Positions 1 to 9,097 of a DNA stretch of 60,141 nucleotides are shown one piece after another. Origin of the DNA: a virus (taxonomy: Duplodnaviria > Caudoviricetes); IMG/VR virus record IMGVR_UViG_3300017767_000010, positions 1-60,141 of that record; one strand, 5' to 3'. The notes below the pieces were generated by a model that worked only from the letters and a program-made list of their open reading frames with translations, was not told where the DNA came from and searched no databases. Both the position numbers and the translations under genes were made by a program. Position 1 is the first letter of the stretch. Each line of letters starts with the position of its first letter.

Positions 1-132
1 AAAACCTGGAGTGAAATGTCACCATCTGAAAAAAAGCGGGCGGTTGCAGAAAAGAAACGGGTTGGTATGGGAAGAAAGACTTCTCAAATAAGAAGAAGAA
101 AAACAAATGCCAAAAAAAAGAAAAGATCCTAA
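1..132 (+). CDS. 3' end of small basic phage protein (partial)
   Basis: Frame 1 open from window start: KTWSEMSPSEKKRAVAEKKRVG...KRS, TAA at 130-132; not in ORF track. Confidence 0.7.
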   Translation, partial: KTWSEMSPSEKKRAVAEKKRVGMGRKTSQIRRRKTNAKKKKRS

Positions 133-406
133 AGTAGGTACAGGTAAGAAACCAAAAGGTTCTGGCCGTAGACTATATACAGATGAAAACCCTAAAGATA
201 CAGTGGGTATCAAATTTAAGACCCCAGCTGATGCTAGGGCCACAGTGGCTAAGGTAAAGAAAGTAAATAAGCCTTATGCTAGAAAGATACAGATATTAAC
301 TGTAGGGGAACAAAGAGCGCGTGTCATGGGTAAAAGACAAGTTGCTTCTATATTTAAAAAAGGTAAAGAACAAATAAGAAAGGCTCATGGACGCAAAAAA
401 ACTTAA
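107..406 (+). CDS. small basic conserved phage protein
   Basis: 99 aa, K/R-rich, GRRLYTDENPKDTV motif familiar from marine phage hypotheticals. Confidence 0.85.
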   Translation: MPKKRKDPKVGTGKKPKGSGRRLYTDENPKDTVGIKFKTPADARATVAKVKKVNKPYARKIQILTVGEQRARVMGKRQVASIFKKGKEQIRKAHGRKKT

Positions 407-503
407 AAAAATTTCGGCTGAATTACGTAAAGCCTCAGCTATGCATAAAAGCCAAGCTGTAAGAATAGAAAAAATGTTAAAATCAGTAAACAAAAATAAA
501 TAA
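387..503 (+). CDS. small basic protein (38 aa)
   Basis: Hand translation MDAKKLKKISAELRKASAMHKSQAVRIEKMLKSVNKNK; fills the gap between neighbours. Confidence 0.7.
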   Translation: MDAKKLKKISAELRKASAMHKSQAVRIEKMLKSVNKNK

Positions 504-504
504 T

Positions 505-639
505 ATGGGAAAACCAGGACCGAAGGCTTATTCAATAATTAATGACCTTCTAAAAAAAGCAAAAGGCAAGTCACCTTTAAAGCAACAAAAGTTACCAATG
601 AATAACTCTGCGGTGCCAGCTTATAAAAAATACATGTAA
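505..639 (+). CDS. small basic protein (44 aa)
   Basis: Hand translation MGKPGPKAYSIINDLLKKAKGKSPLKQQKLPMNNSAVPAYKKYM; 1-2 nt from neighbours. Confidence 0.7.
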   Translation: MGKPGPKAYSIINDLLKKAKGKSPLKQQKLPMNNSAVPAYKKYM

Positions 640-641
640 TC

Positions 642-1037
642 ATGCCAGGAACAAATTACATGAAAAAAGTTAAGGAGCGAATGACGTTTTCTGAAAGTAT
701 GAGGCCTAGCGCCTTACAGAGTAATAAATTTATAGGCGAATTAAAAAAAGCTCAAGAAAATAATCAAGATTCTTTTGTTGTTAACGGAAAAACATATGAA
801 ACAAAAGGAAGCTCACTTACTAGACTTAATAAAAATATGGAATTAGAAACCATGACACCTAAAAACGCAACAGCAATGTCTGCTATGCCGGGTCAAGGTA
901 TGCCAAATCCAAATAATGTTTTGCAAAGAGCAAGCAAAATGTCTAAGGCTAAGTTTCCTTTGATGCCAACAAAATATATGAATCCACCTAAAATGGGAAC
1001 TATATTTTCTAAAGCAAATAAATCAAAGAAAAAATAG
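642..1037 (+). CDS. hypothetical Met/Lys-rich protein
   Basis: 131-aa ORF in a tightly packed operon. Confidence 0.8.
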   Translation: MPGTNYMKKVKERMTFSESMRPSALQSNKFIGELKKAQENNQDSFVVNGKTYETKGSSLTRLNKNMELETMTPKNATAMSAMPGQGMPNPNNVLQRASKMSKAKFPLMPTKYMNPPKMGTIFSKANKSKKK

Positions 1038-1273
1038 TGCCTGATACATTTATAAAGAATAACTTATCTATAGTTATTATGTTTGTAACTGCAGTATTTA
1101 CAGCAGGTGGTATATTTTCTGAATTTACATCAGTTAAGGATGAAATACACTTAGTGCATGAAAGGCTAGATGAAAAGATTATTATTATAGATAAACTTGA
1201 AACACGTATACTTGAAATTGAAAAACAACTAGAGTATGAGCGTGGACTGCTTGATGCAATAAAAAACCAATAG
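1037..1273 (+). CDS. membrane-anchored coiled-coil protein
   Basis: GTG start overlapping the upstream TAG; N-terminal hydrophobic helix then heptad-like region. Confidence 0.75.
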   Translation: MPDTFIKNNLSIVIMFVTAVFTAGGIFSEFTSVKDEIHLVHERLDEKIIIIDKLETRILEIEKQLEYERGLLDAIKNQ

Positions 1274-1275
1274 TT

Positions 1276-1377
1276 ATGCCATATAAAAGTAATGCACAGC
1301 GTAAGGCTGTATGGGCTAGTCGTAACGAACAGGCTGAAAAAAAGAAACGTAAAAGAAAACGTAAGAAAAAAAAGTAA
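1276..1377 (+). CDS. small basic protein, MPYKSxAQ type (33 aa)
   Basis: Hand translation MPYKSNAQRKAVWASRNEQAEKKKRKRKRKKKK; TAATG coupling to next gene. Confidence 0.75.
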   Translation: MPYKSNAQRKAVWASRNEQAEKKKRKRKRKKKK

Positions 1378-1601
1378 TGGCTTATAAACTCAGCAAGAGT
1401 GGTAAAGTAAAGAAAAAGAAAAGAGATCTTAAATTTGCTAAAACCACAAGAAGAACCAGAATGAAGGCTGAGAATCAAAAAAAGCGCAGAGCTGCTAAAA
1501 AGAAAGGTATAAATATAAAAGGTAAGGATTACGACCATACTAAGAAAAAATTTGTATCTATTAAAAAGAATAGAGGCGGTTTTGGTAAAGGAACTAAATA
1601 A
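1377..1601 (+). CDS. small basic protein with degenerate HNH-like motif
   Basis: 74 aa; KGKDYDH...S.KKNRG. Confidence 0.75.
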   Translation: MAYKLSKSGKVKKKKRDLKFAKTTRRTRMKAENQKKRRAAKKKGINIKGKDYDHTKKKFVSIKKNRGGFGKGTK

Positions 1602-1602
1602 T

Positions 1603-1965
1603 ATGAAAGTATTACCAGTAACACATAAGCACTCCATCTGTGGAAGAAACGATATGGAACTTCAGGGTGGTCCGCTTGAAAGAAAAAGAAAAAATGCTCC
1701 TTCTCGCAAAAAGTCTTTAGGCTATTACAATAAAGCTAATAAAACTGGTACCGGTGCTAAAGCAGGTGGTGGTATGAGTCAAAAAGGAGTTTCAAAGTAT
1801 AGAAGAGATAATCCTGGGAGTAAGCTTAAAACAGCAGTAACGACTCCTCCTTCAAAACTGAAGAAAGGTAGTAAAGCTGCAAAAAGAAGAAAGTCATTCT
1901 GTGCCAGATCTAAAAGCTGGAAATCAGAAAGAGGTAGAGCCGCTAGAAGAAGGTGGAACTGCTAA
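1603..1965 (+). CDS. basic conserved phage protein
   Basis: RRKSFCAR...RRWNC motif; ATG at 1603 preferred over the track start at 1552. Confidence 0.8.
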   Translation: MKVLPVTHKHSICGRNDMELQGGPLERKRKNAPSRKKSLGYYNKANKTGTGAKAGGGMSQKGVSKYRRDNPGSKLKTAVTTPPSKLKKGSKAAKRRKSFCARSKSWKSERGRAARRRWNC

Positions 1966-1972
1966 AAAAAAA

Positions 1973-2191
1973 ATGAAAAAAATAATTGCTATCTTATTGT
2001 TAATTGTATGTTATTCTTGTGCTTCTATTAAAGGACAAGCTTATATAGATGTTAATGAAAACATGGATTTTGAACCAAATGAAGATGTTAGATTTAGAAC
2101 TAGGTTTAAAGTTGGCTATAAAATATATATAGGAGAAAAGAAAACATTGTTTGAAAAAAAACAAAAACAAAAAGATAAACTATTCCAATAA
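1973..2191 (+). CDS. putative lipoprotein
   Basis: MKKIIAILLLIVCYSCAS signal peptide with lipobox-like SC; ATG at 1973. Confidence 0.7.
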   Translation: MKKIIAILLLIVCYSCASIKGQAYIDVNENMDFEPNEDVRFRTRFKVGYKIYIGEKKTLFEKKQKQKDKLFQ

Positions 2192-2215
2192 AATAATATA
2201 ATTTAATCAAATCAA

Positions 2216-3811
2216 ATGGGAGTACAATTCGGTGGGCCTAAAATAGTAAAGGCCCTTAGTTTTAAAAAAGAAGCCAAAGATGGCCTTATTAAAGGTATTA
2301 AAAAGCTATCGGATGCAGTGTCAGTAACACTTGGTGCATCTGGTAGAACAGTAGTTTTAGAAGATGACTTTGGTAATCCTCACGTAACAAAAGACGGTGT
2401 TACAGTAGCAAGCTACGTAAACCTAGAAGATCCACTGGAAAATCTAGGTGCTACTATGCTAAAGCAAGCCGCAAAACAAACAGCAACAAAAGCAGGCGAC
2501 GGAACAACAACATCTACAGTACTAGCTGAAAACATAATGAAAAGCTACTTTAATTTAAAAGGAGAAGATTTTTCATTTAGAGATATTAAAAGCGGTATAG
2601 ATAAGTTTGTAAAAAAAGTCGTAGAGTTTTTAAATAAAAAAGCATCACCGGTAGATGAAAAGATGTTAAATCATGTATCTACCATTTCTTGTAACAACGA
2701 CAAAGAACTTGGCAACTTTATAGCAGATGCGTTTAAATTAGCAGGTGAAAACGGTGTAGTAACAATGGAAACATCACCGACAAATGAAACCTATATAGAT
2801 TCAATAAACGGTACACATATAAAGTCAATAAGTAAAAGTATACATTTTTATACTAATAGGGAAAAAGAAGTGTCGGAGCTTGAGAAGCCATTAATATTTT
2901 TATGTGCTTCTGATATAGATAATATCCGACGTATTCAACCAATCTTGGAGTTCGCGATCAAGTCCAACCAATCGTTGTTACTCATTGCCCCTTGCGATCA
3001 GCAAATCATTTCAGCATTAGCGATGAATTTCGTAAAGGGCAATATACGTTGCAATGTTATCGATCCACCTTCTTTCGGACTTAAAAGAAAGGATATATTA
3101 GATGACATTGCCCTTTTAACGGGTGCAACTGTTATAGATGAAAATCTAGGTGACTCACTAGATAACATTACATCAGACGTGCTCGGTAATGCATCAAAAG
3201 CTATAATTGATACAGATGGTACAACTGTAGCTATAGATGAGATTCCAGAAGGAGTCAAAGAAAGAGTCGAGTATCTTCAAAAACAATTAGATGAAGAAGA
3301 TCATCATATAATGAGACCACATTTAGAATATAGGCTATCTATATTGAATGGAGGTGTTTCAATGGTTTATGTTGGTGGAGATACTGAAGTGGAAGTATCA
3401 GAAAAAAAAGACAGGGTTGATGATGCAATTCATGCCGTTAGAGCTGCAAAAAAAGAAGGTATACTACCCGGGGGCGGTGTAGCACTAGTAGCAGCAGCAA
3501 ATATGGATTGGGAGTTAACACTTAATCAAGGTGAACTAAAGGGTATTGATATAATGAAAGAAGCACTTTTATCACCATACAATATGATACTAAGCAATGC
3601 AGGATTAAATCCTGAAGATTTTAAAGGTATATCATTTAAAAAAGGTGTTGACGTAATGGATGCAACCGTAAAAGATATGATAAAAGCCGGTATAGTCGAT
3701 CCACTGCTTGTAACTAAATCAGCACTATTAAATGCTGTATCAGTTGCAACTACTATACTTTCAACCGATTGTGTAATTTCAAACGTTAGAGATTATGAAA
3801 GCGATAGGTAA
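2216..3811 (+). CDS. groEL: chaperonin GroEL
   Basis: 531 aa; VTKDGVTVA, AGDGTTTS, EKKDRVDDA, GILPGGG motifs. Confidence 0.97.
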   Translation: MGVQFGGPKIVKALSFKKEAKDGLIKGIKKLSDAVSVTLGASGRTVVLEDDFGNPHVTKDGVTVASYVNLEDPLENLGATMLKQAAKQTATKAGDGTTTSTVLAENIMKSYFNLKGEDFSFRDIKSGIDKFVKKVVEFLNKKASPVDEKMLNHVSTISCNNDKELGNFIADAFKLAGENGVVTMETSPTNETYIDSINGTHIKSISKSIHFYTNREKEVSELEKPLIFLCASDIDNIRRIQPILEFAIKSNQSLLLIAPCDQQIISALAMNFVKGNIRCNVIDPPSFGLKRKDILDDIALLTGATVIDENLGDSLDNITSDVLGNASKAIIDTDGTTVAIDEIPEGVKERVEYLQKQLDEEDHHIMRPHLEYRLSILNGGVSMVYVGGDTEVEVSEKKDRVDDAIHAVRAAKKEGILPGGGVALVAAANMDWELTLNQGELKGIDIMKEALLSPYNMILSNAGLNPEDFKGISFKKGVDVMDATVKDMIKAGIVDPLLVTKSALLNAVSVATTILSTDCVISNVRDYESDR

Positions 3812-4055
3812 GTATATAGTAATATCTGAAATAAAAGAAGATATAAAGAAAACAGAAGGTGGGTTACTTCTTGCTGAAAACCACAGAGAAGATATAAGAT
3901 ACAGAACTGCTACAGTTGTATCAATTGGTACACATGTAGAAGGAATAAAAAATAGCGACAAAATTTATTACGATAGAGTCGCAGGACACAATATAGAAAT
4001 AGATAACAATATATTTAAAGTAATACAAGAACAAGACGTAATAATAGTATTATAA
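3795..4055 (+). CDS. groES: co-chaperonin GroES
   Basis: 86 aa; KTEGGLLL mobile loop, VVSIG, QDVI; overlaps groEL end. Confidence 0.9.
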   Translation: MKAIGKYIVISEIKEDIKKTEGGLLLAENHREDIRYRTATVVSIGTHVEGIKNSDKIYYDRVAGHNIEIDNNIFKVIQEQDVIIVL

Positions 4056-4504
4056 TGAACCGCTCGGATTTTATAGAAAGAGGAGAAGTTAAGGTTGATT
4101 TTTTAAAATACTATAGATTAGTTTCCAGATGGGCATGCAAACAACATGAGTTAAACATTGCTGATTTGGAATTGCTATTTTATCTCGATCCTATTAAATA
4201 TTTTACAATAGACGATTTTAAAAGCGGAACCTTGTATTACAGTTGGGATAAAACTAGATTTTACAGATTGCAAAAAAATGATTGGATTAAAAAAATTCAT
4301 AAAGGTAACGGTAGACTAGGAGATCATAACAAATACACTGTTTCAGCAAAAGGGAAAAGACTTATAAATAGAATATATAAAATATTAATAGATAAGGAAA
4401 GTTTGCCTGAATCATCGCGAAGAAACAAAATAATGAAAAGAGAAACATATATAGATAAAGTCTATTCGCAAGCAATAAGTAAATTTAACAAAAAAGATTT
4501 ATAA
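4055..4504 (+). CDS. putative winged-helix DNA-binding protein
   Basis: 149 aa; RLQKNDWI...YTVSAKGKRLI resembles a MarR-type wing. Confidence 0.6.
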   Translation: MNRSDFIERGEVKVDFLKYYRLVSRWACKQHELNIADLELLFYLDPIKYFTIDDFKSGTLYYSWDKTRFYRLQKNDWIKKIHKGNGRLGDHNKYTVSAKGKRLINRIYKILIDKESLPESSRRNKIMKRETYIDKVYSQAISKFNKKDL

Positions 4505-4833
4505 TGGCTAAAATATCATCATTTCCACAAGACACAACTGTCGAGGCTGGAGATAAACTATTAGGAACAGATGTTTCAGGTGCTACAAAAAACTTTAGTA
4601 TTACATCAATTGTACAGTCAACACCATTTGCAAGTCACGGGGGAACTACAACACATACACAGGGGTCAGCATCAGCTACATGGACAATAACTCATAATTT
4701 AAATAAATTTCCATCTGTTACAATAGTAGATTCCGAAGAAGAACAAGTATTTGGAGTTGTTGATTATCAAAGTGCTAATACAATAGTATTAACATTTTCA
4801 GCCGCAATATCAGGGAAAGCATATTTAAACTAA
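4504..4833 (+). CDS. virion/tail structural protein
   Basis: WTITHNLNKFPSVTIVD beta-rich domain, similar to the C-terminus of the next gene. Confidence 0.65.
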   Translation: MAKISSFPQDTTVEAGDKLLGTDVSGATKNFSITSIVQSTPFASHGGTTTHTQGSASATWTITHNLNKFPSVTIVDSEEEQVFGVVDYQSANTIVLTFSAAISGKAYLN

Positions 4834-4839
4834 CAAAAA

Positions 4840-5751
4840 ATGGCAATAAAACATTTAGCAAATCTCGATTTAAATAACAACGAAATAAAAAACGTTAAAG
4901 TTGATGTAGTTACTTCAGACCCAAGTGGGATGGGTGCTGCAAATGTAGGTAGAATAATCTACAATTCTGATAACAGTAGTAAGCAAATAAAATACTGGGA
5001 TGGATCAGCTTGGGTTAGTATGAAAAATACTGATACCGATGTTGACGTTAGTATAGCTAATTTAAAAGCGAGATTACCACAAATATCAGATAGTTTTACT
5101 ATAGGTGACGCTACAGATGTAACGGTAACAACATCTGGTGATTTAACTGTAACAGGTGATTTAACTGTAAGCGGTACTACAACAACTGTTAATACAGCTA
5201 CGTTAGATATTGAAGACAATATAATAACACTTAATAAAAATCAAACTGGTACTCCGGCAACTACACTGCGATCAGGTATTGAAGTTGAAAGAGGAGATTC
5301 AGCTAACGCTATATTACAGTTTAATGAAGATACAGATAAATTTGAATTTTCAATTGATGGGGGTTCAAGTTTTACTAATATAGTTGGTGTAGTAGATTCT
5401 TCAGAAACAGTAAAAGGTATAGTTGAATTAGCAACAACTGCAGAAGCAACTACAGGTACTGACACAGCAAGGGCGGTAACACCTGCTGGGCTAGCTGCTC
5501 ATAATGCAGCAAGAAGCTTTGCTGTTAATTTAGAAGCTTCAAACTCTGCTGTAGCAAAATCCACAAATACATATACAGTAACACACGGTTTAGCCACTAG
5601 AGATGTTATGGCACAAGTTTATGAAGCTGCATCTCCATATGAAACTGTACAAGTAGATATTGCTAGAGCATCAACGGGAACTATAACAGTTGCATTTTCA
5701 GATACCGTAACAGATGGAGCCTATAGAGTTCTTATCACTAAAATAGACTAA
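4840..5751 (+). CDS. tail fibre-like protein
   Basis: GDLTVxG repeats, SGIEVERG, KGIVELATTAE tail-fibre repeat, TVTHGL C-terminal domain. Confidence 0.75.
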   Translation: MAIKHLANLDLNNNEIKNVKVDVVTSDPSGMGAANVGRIIYNSDNSSKQIKYWDGSAWVSMKNTDTDVDVSIANLKARLPQISDSFTIGDATDVTVTTSGDLTVTGDLTVSGTTTTVNTATLDIEDNIITLNKNQTGTPATTLRSGIEVERGDSANAILQFNEDTDKFEFSIDGGSSFTNIVGVVDSSETVKGIVELATTAEATTGTDTARAVTPAGLAAHNAARSFAVNLEASNSAVAKSTNTYTVTHGLATRDVMAQVYEAASPYETVQVDIARASTGTITVAFSDTVTDGAYRVLITKID

Positions 5752-5757
5752 TAATAT

Positions 5758-8343
5758 ATGTCGATTAAATTTAAATCAAAATTATCCGAGTTAGATGTAG
5801 ATGGTAAAATCGTACAATCTAAACATCGGACAATAAGACATACCGACGCAGTTCAGACTTTAGAAGTTAAAGTTATAACTAAAACCACTGCACATCCATC
5901 TCATGGATCCGGTAGTAGTTATGGTTATACTATAGACGGAGTTGAAGGTGCTTATCTTGAATTAACTCCCGGTATTACATATAAGTTTGATCAATCAGAT
6001 AGTTCAAACGGTGGAACTGGTACTGGTGGTGGTGCTCATCCATTATTATTTGCAACAGCTGCAGATGCCGCAGGAAGTACTCAATATACTACAGGTGTAA
6101 CTACAAGCGGTTCACCTGGAAGTTCTGGTGCATACACACAAATTATTCCAACAACAACAACTCCCCCTATATTACATTACTATTGTTCATCTCACACTGG
6201 GATGGGTAGCTATGCTAAATTTGGTACTGGCACAGTAGGAGACACATATTCTATAAATGTAGCGACAGATGGAAGTAATGTTGACTTAAACTTAGATGCA
6301 GCAAGTGGTACAGATTCAACTGTGCAATTAACAGCTGGTTCAAATATATCACTTACTAGAAACGATGCTCAGCAAGTTACTATAGCCGCCTCAGGTGGTG
6401 CACTAACTGTACAAGAAGAAGGTTCTTCATTATCGACTGCAGCAACTACATTAAATTTTACAGGTTCAGCCGTAACCGCTTCAGGTACGGGTGCAACAAA
6501 AACAATAAATATACCCGGTGGCAGTGGGGTAACGGTACAAGAAGAAGGTAGCTCACTATCTACAGCGGGTACAACTTTAAACTTTGTTGGTTCAGGTGTA
6601 ACTGCTTCAGGCACAGGAGCTACTAAAACAATTACCGTAAGTGGTGGTGGAAGTAGTGGACAAGTAACAACACAATTAAATGTATCAGGAGATGGTACTA
6701 CACAAGCTACAGATGGATCAAGAACTGCATTTACAATATCATCTGCTCCTGCTTCTGAAAACAATTTACAAATATATTTAGACGGTGTTTACCAGGCAAA
6801 AAGTGATTTTTCTGTAAGTGGAACAACTGTAACACTAGATGCTGCTCCAGCAACAGGAACTGTATTAGAAATAATACACTTTACTGTTATAGATGCTAAT
6901 ATATTTTTACAATCACATACTACAGCAAATAACAGTACAACCTCGTTTTCGGCAGGTGGAGTTATAGCAAATGAAAACGATACACAGGTTTACATAGATG
7001 GAGTTTATCAAAGTAAAAGTAATTATTCTGTTTCTGGAAGTAATGTAGTTTTAAGTACTGCACCCGCAACAGGAGCTGTTGTTGAAATAGTAAATATAAA
7101 AGCTAGTACAACATCATCTGGTTCTATAACTTGGGAAACAGGAATTAAAACATCTAGTTTTACTGCAGCAGCAGGTAAAGGGTATTTTGTAAATACAACA
7201 TCAGGGGCTGTAACGGTTAGTTTACCAGCAGGAAGTGCTGGAGAAGAAATACACTTTACGGACTACGCAAGCACATTTGATACCAATTCACTGATACTAG
7301 ATGCAAATGGTAGTCAAAAAATACAAGGAGGCACAGCTAATAAGCAATGTACTACAGAAAATGCTACTGTAAGATTAATATATCAAGATGATACTAAAGG
7401 TTGGACTGCTGATAATATTCTTATACCTCCAGTTACTGTAAATTATTTAGTTATTGCAGGAGGTGGAGCAGGTGGCGGTTATTATAGAGCTGGAGGCGGT
7501 GGTGCCGGTGGTTTAAGAACATCTTATGGTTCAGCTTCCGGTGGTGGGGGATCAGCAGAAAGTGCTTTAAGCCTAGCGGCTGCAACAAATTTTACTGTTA
7601 CCGTAGGTGCTGGTGGTGCCGGAGCTGCTTTCTCAGCTAGCAATGGTGGTAGTGGATCAGATTCTGTATTTTCTACTATAACATCCACAGGTGGTGGAGG
7701 TGGAGGTAGATATACTGGTAGTACTGGAACAGCTGGAGCTGCGGGTGGATCCGGTGGTGGTGGTGGCGGTGATAGTACCGGTGGCGCTGCTGGTGCTGGA
7801 ACTGCAAACCAAGGTTATGCTGGAGGAGCTGGAGCTGGATCCGGTGTACAATGTGGCGGCGGCGGCGGTGGTGCAGGTGCTGTTGGTCAGGCTGGTGGCG
7901 GTGGTGCAGAATCAGGAGATGGCGGTGATGGTATTCAATCTGCTATTTTAAATTATGCTAACGCAGGAACCGCAAGTGTAGGTGAACAAATAAGCGGATC
8001 ACAAGTATGGTATGCAGGTGGTGGTGGTGGTGGTAGTTATAGTTCTGGAAATGATACAATACCCGGTAAGGGTGGTGGAGGTGAAGGAACTGCTCAATCA
8101 AATTACCCTGGTAATGGTAGTAATGCTGACGCTAATACCGGTGGCGGAGGTGGAGGTGCTTCTGGAGACGCAGGTATTGTTGGTGGAACAGGTGGTTCAG
8201 GTGTAGTTATATTAAGATACCCTTCATCAAACACAGTAACTGTAGGATCGGGCTTAACAGAATCGAGTGGTTCACCTTTTACTGAAGGATCTGATAAAAT
8301 ATCTGTATTTACTGCAGGTACTGGAACAATAACATTTAGTTAA
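5758..8343 (+). CDS. modular glycine-rich tail fibre protein
   Basis: 861 aa; YYCSSHTGMG domain, duplicated TVQEEGSSLSTA and YLDGVYQ modules, C-terminal poly-Gly domain ending GGSGVVILRY. Confidence 0.8.
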   Translation: MSIKFKSKLSELDVDGKIVQSKHRTIRHTDAVQTLEVKVITKTTAHPSHGSGSSYGYTIDGVEGAYLELTPGITYKFDQSDSSNGGTGTGGGAHPLLFATAADAAGSTQYTTGVTTSGSPGSSGAYTQIIPTTTTPPILHYYCSSHTGMGSYAKFGTGTVGDTYSINVATDGSNVDLNLDAASGTDSTVQLTAGSNISLTRNDAQQVTIAASGGALTVQEEGSSLSTAATTLNFTGSAVTASGTGATKTINIPGGSGVTVQEEGSSLSTAGTTLNFVGSGVTASGTGATKTITVSGGGSSGQVTTQLNVSGDGTTQATDGSRTAFTISSAPASENNLQIYLDGVYQAKSDFSVSGTTVTLDAAPATGTVLEIIHFTVIDANIFLQSHTTANNSTTSFSAGGVIANENDTQVYIDGVYQSKSNYSVSGSNVVLSTAPATGAVVEIVNIKASTTSSGSITWETGIKTSSFTAAAGKGYFVNTTSGAVTVSLPAGSAGEEIHFTDYASTFDTNSLILDANGSQKIQGGTANKQCTTENATVRLIYQDDTKGWTADNILIPPVTVNYLVIAGGGAGGGYYRAGGGGAGGLRTSYGSASGGGGSAESALSLAAATNFTVTVGAGGAGAAFSASNGGSGSDSVFSTITSTGGGGGGRYTGSTGTAGAAGGSGGGGGGDSTGGAAGAGTANQGYAGGAGAGSGVQCGGGGGGAGAVGQAGGGGAESGDGGDGIQSAILNYANAGTASVGEQISGSQVWYAGGGGGGSYSSGNDTIPGKGGGGEGTAQSNYPGNGSNADANTGGGGGGASGDAGIVGGTGGSGVVILRYPSSNTVTVGSGLTESSGSPFTEGSDKISVFTAGTGTITFS

Positions 8344-8345
8344 TT

Positions 8346-8714
8346 ATGGCACATTACGCTTTTTTAAATATGCAAAATATCGTTACTGAATTAATAGTAG
8401 GTAAAGAAGAAACAGAAGGGCCAATAAATTGGGAAATGCATTATGGTAATATTCGTGAACAAGTTTGCAAACGAACATCTTATAATACTATAGGGGGAAC
8501 ACATAAAAATGGGGGAACTCCTTTTAGAAAAAACTATGCTGGCATAGGATTTACTTATGACTACACAAAAGATGCATTTATACCTCCTAAACCTTTTAAT
8601 AGTTGGAAATTAAATTCTAACTCATGTATGTGGGAAGCGCCCACAGCGCGTCCTAATGATGATAAGATATATATATGGGACGAAGATAATAAAGAATGGA
8701 TTTTAACAGAATAA
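8346..8714 (+). CDS. conserved partner of Gly-rich tail protein
   Basis: MAHYA...RTSYN...FRKNYAGIG...DAFIPPKP...WEAP, a family usually adjacent to Gly-rich fibre genes. Confidence 0.75.
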   Translation: MAHYAFLNMQNIVTELIVGKEETEGPINWEMHYGNIREQVCKRTSYNTIGGTHKNGGTPFRKNYAGIGFTYDYTKDAFIPPKPFNSWKLNSNSCMWEAPTARPNDDKIYIWDEDNKEWILTE

Positions 8715-8718
8715 TAAA

Positions 8719-9093
8719 ATGGCATTAACAAAAGTAACACATAACGTATTAGAAAATAGATACACAGCAATCAATGCTATTGGTACTACCTCTGGTGGAT
8801 TTAATATTGACTTTTCTTTAGGGGTTGTTCATACTATAACATTAGGAGGTGCTCATACAGGCACGTTTATTAATTTTAAAGTTGGACAAGTAATTGATAT
8901 AATTATAACAGGAGATTATGCATTAACGCTTAGTGCAACTGCATCGGGTACCCCATCTATAAATAAAATTGGTTCTACTGATTATGCTGGAGCATCTACA
9001 AATGTTATACAAGTAGTTTGTACATCAGCTAGTAGCTCAACACCCCAATTTTTATATTCAGTAAATACATACGCAAGCGATACAACACCATAA
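8719..9093 (+). CDS. tail-associated structural protein
   Basis: 124 aa, beta-rich, MALTKV start. Confidence 0.7.
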   Translation: MALTKVTHNVLENRYTAINAIGTTSGGFNIDFSLGVVHTITLGGAHTGTFINFKVGQVIDIIITGDYALTLSATASGTPSINKIGSTDYAGASTNVIQVVCTSASSSTPQFLYSVNTYASDTTP

Positions 9094-9097
9094 TAAT

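Noticed and set aside
2870-3130. CpG-richer patch in groEL as another nested gene
   Set aside because: The same-strand alternative frames I read have early stops and no good start; only an antisense ORF is present.
5137-5170. 18-bp tandem repeat GGTGATTTAACTGTAA
   Set aside because: Encodes ordinary GDLTVx tail-fibre repeats.
7460-8210. GGT/GGC-rich repeats and Val-rich ORFs 7691-7951 and 8012-8206
   Set aside because: Explained by poly-glycine coding; not a CRISPR array or separate genes.
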